DNA from: Rudaea sp. | GTDB lineage: Bacteria; Pseudomonadota; Gammaproteobacteria; Xanthomonadales; Rhodanobacteraceae | Assembly (NCBI RefSeq): GCF_036383415.1 | Contig: NZ_DASVOK010000275.1 | Location: 1 to 47,794 of the forward strand | Reading direction: 5' to 3' | Length of the DNA: 47,794 nt | In this document: piece by piece, positions 42,367 through 47,794 of the stretch | Position numbering within the stretch: the stretch's first letter is position 1 | Layout of the letters: each line of letters begins with the position of its first letter | Position numbers and translations under genes: made by a program | Notes under the pieces: model-generated | The model's input: the letters and a program-made list of their open reading frames with translations, nothing else | Databases searched by the model: none | Told to the model about the DNA's origin: nothing

Positions 42367-43806
42367 ATGTCTGTACTTGTTCTCGCCGAACAGCGCCTGC
42401 TCGCACCGGGTGGTCTCGCCGCCGCCGACCTCGATCGGGTGTTTGCTCAGCTCGTCGGGCCGTCGATCGACGCGGCCGACCTGTATTTCCAGCATTCGCG
42501 CAGCGAGTCATGGATGCTCGAGGACGGCATCGTCAAGGAAGGCAACCATTCGATCGAGCAGGGCGTCGGCGTGCGCGCGATGAGCGGCGAGAAGACCGGC
42601 TTCGCCTATTCGGACGAGATCGTGCTGCCGGAACTGCTGACCGCGGCGAAGAGCGCGCGCGCGATCGCGCAATCGGGCAACGATCGCGCCGCGCATGCGC
42701 TCACCGCGCGCAATGCGCAGTCGCTGTACCCGGCGATCGATCCGGTTGAGAGCATCGCCAACGAGGAGAAGATCGCGCTGCTGCGCGAAGTGGACAAGTT
42801 CACGCGCGCGCTCGATCCGCGCGTGACGCAGGTGATCGTGAGCCTGTCGGCAACGCTGGACACCGTGCTTGTCGCGGCAATGGACGGCACGCTCGCCGCC
42901 GACGTGCGCCCGCTCGTGCGCATGAATGTCAACGTGATCGCAGAACAGAATGGTCGGCGCGAATCGGCCAGTTCCGGCGGCGGCGGCCGTCACGGCTATC
43001 GCGAACTGCTCGCGAACGGCCGCGCGCATGAGTTCGCGCGCGAAGCGGTACGGCAGGCGCTGGTCAATCTCGAATCGGTGCCGGCGCCCGCGGGCAGCAT
43101 GACCGTCGTGCTCGGTCCCGGCTGGCCTGGCGTGCTGCTGCACGAGGCGATCGGCCACGGCTTCGAGGGCGATTTCATCCGCAAGGGCACGAGCGCGTTC
43201 GCGGGGCGCTACGGCGATCGTATCGCGGCGAAAGGCGTCACCGTCGTCGACGACGGCACGCTCGCGAATCGGCGCGGCTCGCTCAGCGTCGACGACGAAG
43301 GCACGCCGACCGAGCGCACCGTGCTGGTCGAAGACGGCATCCTCAAGGGTTACATGCAGGACAAGTTCAATGCGCAGCTGATGGGCCAGCGTTCGACCGG
43401 CAACGGCCGGCGCGAATCATTCGCGCACCTGCCGATGCCACGCATGCGCAACACCTACATGCTTGCGGGCCAGCACGATCCGGGCGAGATCATCGCCTCG
43501 GTCGAGCGCGGTTTGTACGCCGTCAACTTCGGCGGTGGCCAGGTCGACATCACCAATGGCAAGTTCACCTTCTCGGCGAGCGAGGCCTACCTGATCGAGA
43601 ACGGCAGGGTGACGCGGCCGGTCAAGGGCGCGACGCTGATCGGCTCGGGGCCCGAGGTGCTCACGCGCGTGTCGATGATCGGCAACGACCTGAAACTCGA
43701 CGAAGGTGTCGGCGTCTGCGGCAAGGAAGGGCAGAGCGTGCCGGTCGGCGTCGGCCAGCCGACGCTGCGCATCGACGCGATGACAGTGGGCGGCACCGCG
43801 GCGTGA
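42367..43806 (+). CDS. tldD: Metalloprotease TldD
   Basis: [64 protein letters not shown]. Confidence 0.96.
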   Translation: MSVLVLAEQRLLAPGGLAAADLDRVFAQLVGPSIDAADLYFQHSRSESWMLEDGIVKEGNHSIEQGVGVRAMSGEKTGFAYSDEIVLPELLTAAKSARAIAQSGNDRAAHALTARNAQSLYPAIDPVESIANEEKIALLREVDKFTRALDPRVTQVIVSLSATLDTVLVAAMDGTLAADVRPLVRMNVNVIAEQNGRRESASSGGGGRHGYRELLANGRAHEFAREAVRQALVNLESVPAPAGSMTVVLGPGWPGVLLHEAIGHGFEGDFIRKGTSAFAGRYGDRIAAKGVTVVDDGTLANRRGSLSVDDEGTPTERTVLVEDGILKGYMQDKFNAQLMGQRSTGNGRRESFAHLPMPRMRNTYMLAGQHDPGEIIASVERGLYAVNFGGGQVDITNGKFTFSASEAYLIENGRVTRPVKGATLIGSGPEVLTRVSMIGNDLKLDEGVGVCGKEGQSVPVGVGQPTLRIDAMTVGGTAA

Positions 43807-45050
43807 GGCACGCCTGCGTGCGTTCCGGTATTTTCGCTCTTGCGTTGCTGTTCTTCGTGAATGCAACTCACGCGGCAGATGATGCAAAAAGCATTGCGTC
43901 GATGAGTTGCAATGTGCTCGCATCGCGTGTCGACGCCACCCAGGGCAACGCCCCGGTTTTTCTGCGCAGTTACGACCATGAGCGCGGTACGGGTGAGTCG
44001 GACGAGCCGGCGCTGCGCACGGCAGCGTTCACCTACGACAACGCGCTGGCGGTGATCGCGCTGCTCGCCTGTGACAAGCGCGAACAAGCTGCGCGTATCG
44101 GCGAGGCATTGCGTGTGGCCGCGATGGGCGACGCACACCTGCGCAACACTTATCGCGCCGGCGCGGTCGAAGGCAAGCCGTTGCCGAACGGCTGGTGGGA
44201 CCGGAAAGCAAGCCGCTGGGTCGAAGATGCGTATCAGGATGGCACGGCGACCGGCAATGTCGCGTGGGCCGCGCTGGCCCTGCTCGCCATGCATGATGCC
44301 ACCGGCGAGGTCTGCTGGCGCGATGCGGCGGTGAAGCTGGCGAACTGGATCGTCGCGAGCGCCGCGGACACGCGTGGTGGCGGAGGTTTTGGCGACGGCA
44401 TCGAAGGCTTCGATGCGACGCCGGGAAAAATTTCGTGGAAATCGACCGAACACAACATCGATCTCGTCGCGCTGTTCGCCTGGCTCGATCGCCTCGATGC
44501 GAAAGGCGAGTGGAAGCGACACGAGCGGCAGGCACGCGGCTTCGTCGATACGCAGTGGGACGCGGCGAGCGCGCATTTCTGGATCGGCACGCTGCTGGAC
44601 GGCGTGACGCCGAACCGAACTACCTCCGGACTCGACGTACAACTCTGGGCGCAATTGCTGCCGAATGCGGACAAGCGATGGCAACAGGCGCTGGCCTGGG
44701 TCGAGCGCAAGCATGGCGTGGCCGGCGGCTTCGATTTCAACGACGACCGCGATGGACTGTGGACCGAAGGCACGGCGCAGGCGGCGCTCGTGTATCGCAG
44801 GCTTGGCCGTGGGGACGAAGCCGCGAAGCTGTTCGCAACGATCGCGCAACAGGCTTCGACGGGCGGATTCCTCTACGCCACGCGCGAGCCGCGCATCACG
44901 ACCGGCCTCGCCGTCGGCGGCGACAGCACTTCGGCGGACTTCTACTACTATCGCCGTCCGCATCTCGCTGCGACGGCTTGGGCGGCGTTGGCCGCCCTTG
45001 ATCGCAACCCGTTCGAACCGGCGCCGGAGAAGGCGGCAAAACAACGCTGA
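43803..45050 (+). CDS. Secreted hypothetical protein, possibly (alpha/alpha)6 glycosidase-like
   Basis: Signal peptide; helical repeats with acidic/aromatic motifs [28 protein letters not shown]...NPF; GTGA overlap with tldD. Confidence 0.65.
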   Translation: MRHACVRSGIFALALLFFVNATHAADDAKSIASMSCNVLASRVDATQGNAPVFLRSYDHERGTGESDEPALRTAAFTYDNALAVIALLACDKREQAARIGEALRVAAMGDAHLRNTYRAGAVEGKPLPNGWWDRKASRWVEDAYQDGTATGNVAWAALALLAMHDATGEVCWRDAAVKLANWIVASAADTRGGGGFGDGIEGFDATPGKISWKSTEHNIDLVALFAWLDRLDAKGEWKRHERQARGFVDTQWDAASAHFWIGTLLDGVTPNRTTSGLDVQLWAQLLPNADKRWQQALAWVERKHGVAGGFDFNDDRDGLWTEGTAQAALVYRRLGRGDEAAKLFATIAQQASTGGFLYATREPRITTGLAVGGDSTSADFYYYRRPHLAATAWAALAALDRNPFEPAPEKAAKQR

Positions 45051-45071
45051 TTTCCGGTATGGTAGGGCGCG

Positions 45072-46862
45072 ATGAGTTCCGAAGACGCCGCCATCCTCGA
45101 ATCGAGCGCGCCGACTGACGAACGCACGGCGCTGGCCGCGGCTGCGGCCGTCGATATCCGCAACGGCTTTGCCGACTACAACGACCGCTTCCGCGCGGTC
45201 ACGCGCCGCGCCAAGCAGCGTTTCGAGGCGCGCGACTTCATCTCGGCGCAGATGGACAACGTCGAGCGCATGGATCTCTACGACATCTGCGTGCGCGCGA
45301 CCACGTCGCAGCTGGAACGCCTGTTGCGCGAGCGCGTGCGCGATCACGTTCTGTGGATCGACATCCGCAACAGCTTCGCCGAGCTGATCGCGCCGCTGCT
45401 CGACCAGGAACTCAACAAGACTTTCTACAACACGCTGACACGGCGTTTCTTCGGCACCTCGGGTGTCGATGCGCAGATCGAATTCGTTGCGCTTGACATC
45501 GAACCGACCGACCGTATCACCCACCCGGTTGAACGCCACAGCTATGCGGTGTGGGGGCAACTGCCGCGCGTCTGCCAGCGCATGCTCGAGGACTATGCGT
45601 TCTACGTGCCCTACGCGCACCAGAGCCTGTGCGCACTGCGCATCGCCGAAACGCTGACCGAGCGGCTGCTGGAATGGGGCGCCACGGACGCGGCGAACGC
45701 CAATCCGATCCGCGCGATCGAATTGCTCGACACGGTGTTCTACCGTGAGCGCCGCGCCTATCTCGTCGGGCGCATCTTCGGCGCCGAGCGCATTGCACCG
45801 CTCGTCATCGCGCTGGTCAACGAGGACGCGGGTCTGCGCGTCGATGCGGTGCTGACTGAACGCGCGCACGTCGCCCAGGTGTTCGGCTACACGCGCAGCT
45901 ATTTTCAGGCCGATCTGCCGACCGTGGGCGACGCGGTCGTGTTCCTGCGCACGCTGCTGCCGTTCAAGCCGATCGACGAGCTGTACACCGCGCTCGGCCG
46001 CGCCAAGCAGGGCAAGACCGAGCGCTATCGCCACTTCTTCCGCCACCTCGCCGCGCACCGTGACGAACAGTTCGTGCACGCCGACGGCGAGCGCGGCATG
46101 GTCATGGCCGTGTTCACGCTGCCTTCGTATCCACTCGTGTTCAAGCTGATCCGCGACAAGTTCGCGTTCCCGAAGGAGAGCGTGCGCGCAGAGGTGATGC
46201 AGAAGTACACGCTCGTGTTCCGCCACGACCGTTGCGGGCGTCTCGTCGATGCGCAGGAATTCCGCTTCCTGCGCTTTCCGCGCAACCAGTTCGCTTTGGA
46301 TTTGCTCGACGAGCTGCTGACCAGCTGCAGTGAAACCGTGAAGATCGACGGCGACGATCTCGTCGTCGCGCACTGCTACGTCGAGCGCCGCGTCCGCCCG
46401 CTCAACCTCTACGTGCGCGAGGCCGAGCCCGACGCCGGAATCCGCGCCGTGGTCGATTACGGCCAGGCGATCCGCGATCTCGCTTCGAGCAACATCTTCC
46501 CGGGCGACCTGCTGTTCAAGAACTTCGGTGTCACCGGCACCGGCCGCGCGATCTTCTACGACTACGACGAGCTGTGCTTGGTCAGCGAGTGCCGCTTCCG
46601 CGAATTGCCCGAGGACGACGACCGTGGCGAGTCGTTCTACGTCGGCCCGTTCGACGTCTTTCCCGAACAGTTCCCACGCTTCCTCGGCATGGATGCGGCG
46701 CAGCGCGCGGCCCTGCTCGAAGCGCACGGCGACATCTTCAGTGTGCGCTGGTGGCGCGAGCTGCAGGAGCGCCTCGCCCGCGGCCTTGTCGCTGACCTGC
46801 CGCCATATCCGAGGCAAGTTCGAATCGGGGTGGAATCTTTTTCGCAAAACGCCGGTCTGTAG
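45072..46862 (+). CDS. aceK: Isocitrate dehydrogenase kinase/phosphatase
   Basis: GMVMAVF, FKLIRD.F, HDR.GRLVDAQEF, NIFPGDLLFKNFGV, FYDYDEL, DVFPE.F. Confidence 0.94.
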   Translation: MSSEDAAILESSAPTDERTALAAAAAVDIRNGFADYNDRFRAVTRRAKQRFEARDFISAQMDNVERMDLYDICVRATTSQLERLLRERVRDHVLWIDIRNSFAELIAPLLDQELNKTFYNTLTRRFFGTSGVDAQIEFVALDIEPTDRITHPVERHSYAVWGQLPRVCQRMLEDYAFYVPYAHQSLCALRIAETLTERLLEWGATDAANANPIRAIELLDTVFYRERRAYLVGRIFGAERIAPLVIALVNEDAGLRVDAVLTERAHVAQVFGYTRSYFQADLPTVGDAVVFLRTLLPFKPIDELYTALGRAKQGKTERYRHFFRHLAAHRDEQFVHADGERGMVMAVFTLPSYPLVFKLIRDKFAFPKESVRAEVMQKYTLVFRHDRCGRLVDAQEFRFLRFPRNQFALDLLDELLTSCSETVKIDGDDLVVAHCYVERRVRPLNLYVREAEPDAGIRAVVDYGQAIRDLASSNIFPGDLLFKNFGVTGTGRAIFYDYDELCLVSECRFRELPEDDDRGESFYVGPFDVFPEQFPRFLGMDAAQRAALLEAHGDIFSVRWWRELQERLARGLVADLPPYPRQVRIGVESFSQNAGL

Positions 46863-46894
46863 GGCCGGTCATCACCACAAGAGGGAGCAGTTTC

Positions 46895-47743
46895 ATGCGC
46901 AATATCGCAACATTGACCCTGGCGCTCGCGGCCGCGTTGGCCGCAAATTCCGCGTTCGCCGATCAGCCGAAGGCACCGGTCACGCCGGGCGCACTCGCGC
47001 AGGCAACGTCGATCGACACCGTTCTGGCCGGCGACTGGCGCTCGGACAAGAACAAGGCGCGCGACAAATACCGCCACCCGAAGGAGACGCTCGCGTTCTT
47101 CGGCGTCGCGCCCAACCAGAGCGTGATTGAACTGTATCCCGGCGGCGGCTGGTATACCGAAATTCTCGCGCCGTACCTCAAGGAGCACGGCCACTACGTC
47201 GCCGCCATCATCAAGCCGGACAAGCCGGGCGGCGAGGAAGCGCTCAACAAAACCGGGATCAAGGCCAAGCTGGCGGCGGACCCGGCGCGTTATTCCGCGG
47301 CTCAGGTCGTCGAGTTCGTGCCGAAGACGGCGGTGCTCGGCCCGCCCGGGAGCGCGGATGTCGTGTTGACGTTCCGCAACGTCCACAACATGACCGACGA
47401 CGGAGTCGCCGAACCGATTTTCAAGGCGATGTTCGCGGTGCTCAAGCCGGGCGGCACGCTGGGCGTCGTCGACCATCGCGCCAAGGCGGGTACGACACTC
47501 GAACAGGACAAGGAATCGGGCTATCTTCCGGTCGACGCCGTGGTCAAGCTCGCCACCGACGCGGGCTTCAAGCTCGAGGCACAGAGTGAGATCAACGCCA
47601 ATCCTAAGGACACGAAGGACTACCCGAAGGGCGTGTGGACCTTGCCGCCGGTGCTCACACTCAAGGACGTCGATCGCGAAAAATACATCGCGATCGGCGA
47701 GTCCGACCGGATGACGCTGAAGTTCGTCAAGCCGAAGAAGTAG
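46895..47743 (+). CDS. Predicted class I SAM-dependent methyltransferase with signal peptide
   Basis: RDKYRHPKETLAFFG, ELYPGGGWYTEIL, TFRNVHN, LKPGG.LGVVDHR, SEINANPKD, GESDRMTLKF. Confidence 0.88.
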   Translation: MRNIATLTLALAAALAANSAFADQPKAPVTPGALAQATSIDTVLAGDWRSDKNKARDKYRHPKETLAFFGVAPNQSVIELYPGGGWYTEILAPYLKEHGHYVAAIIKPDKPGGEEALNKTGIKAKLAADPARYSAAQVVEFVPKTAVLGPPGSADVVLTFRNVHNMTDDGVAEPIFKAMFAVLKPGGTLGVVDHRAKAGTTLEQDKESGYLPVDAVVKLATDAGFKLEAQSEINANPKDTKDYPKGVWTLPPVLTLKDVDREKYIAIGESDRMTLKFVKPKK

Positions 47744-47759
47744 TTCGATCGAAGCGCTT

Positions 47760-47793
47760 CGTGCGGTATCCCGAAAATTGGGGATACCGCACG
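47760..47793. terminator. Strong hairpin after the methyltransferase gene
   Basis: CGTGCGGTATCCC-gaaaattg-GGGATACCGCACG, 13-bp stem; any U-tail would fall beyond the window edge. Confidence 0.5.
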
Positions 47794-47794
47794 C

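Noticed and set aside
43587-46847. 1086-aa minus-strand ORF
   Set aside because: Antisense shadow of tldD, the secreted protein and aceK; no recognisable motifs; typical of high-GC codon bias

Overview
High-GC gammaproteobacterial chromosome segment. Protein sequences and gene order suggest Xanthomonadales, probably Rhodanobacteraceae-like (inference). 1-10020 holds the end of the S10 cluster and the spc and alpha ribosomal-protein clusters (rplP to rplQ, secY, rpoA; no rpmJ), with unusually long, hairpin-rich spacers. 10070-14353 is an envelope-glycosylation-like block: an ALG10/DIE2 (GT59)-like GT-C protein, dsbB, a second large GT-C-like membrane protein and a GtrA-family flippase. Next come a class II DAHP synthase, an OprB/MnoP-like porin with an elaborate structured leader and a small ORF, an amidase, a cupin, typA, a cyclophilin, an aminotransferase and mdh. 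These are followed by an ArsR-SRPBCC-DHFR-like operon, a Tyr-rich lipoprotein, and a methylcitrate cluster (prpE, prpB, prpC) interleaved with two paralogous secreted proteins and a membrane protein. The window ends with a VanX/DdpX lipoprotein, a beta-CASP nuclease, a TIGR03118 protein, fadH, a Ysc84-like lipoprotein, tldD, a secreted glycosidase-like protein, aceK and an exported methyltransferase-fold protein. No tRNA, rRNA, CRISPR array or transposase was seen. Best novelty candidates: (i) the bacterial ALG10-like/GT-C/GtrA cassette, (ii) a promoter-leader-peptide-SD-sequestering-hairpin control region upstream of the porin, (iii) a duplicated two-hairpin RNA module between rpsK and rpsD, (iv) the paralogous secreted proteins around prpBC. 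All family assignments come from motif recognition by eye, not from database searches.
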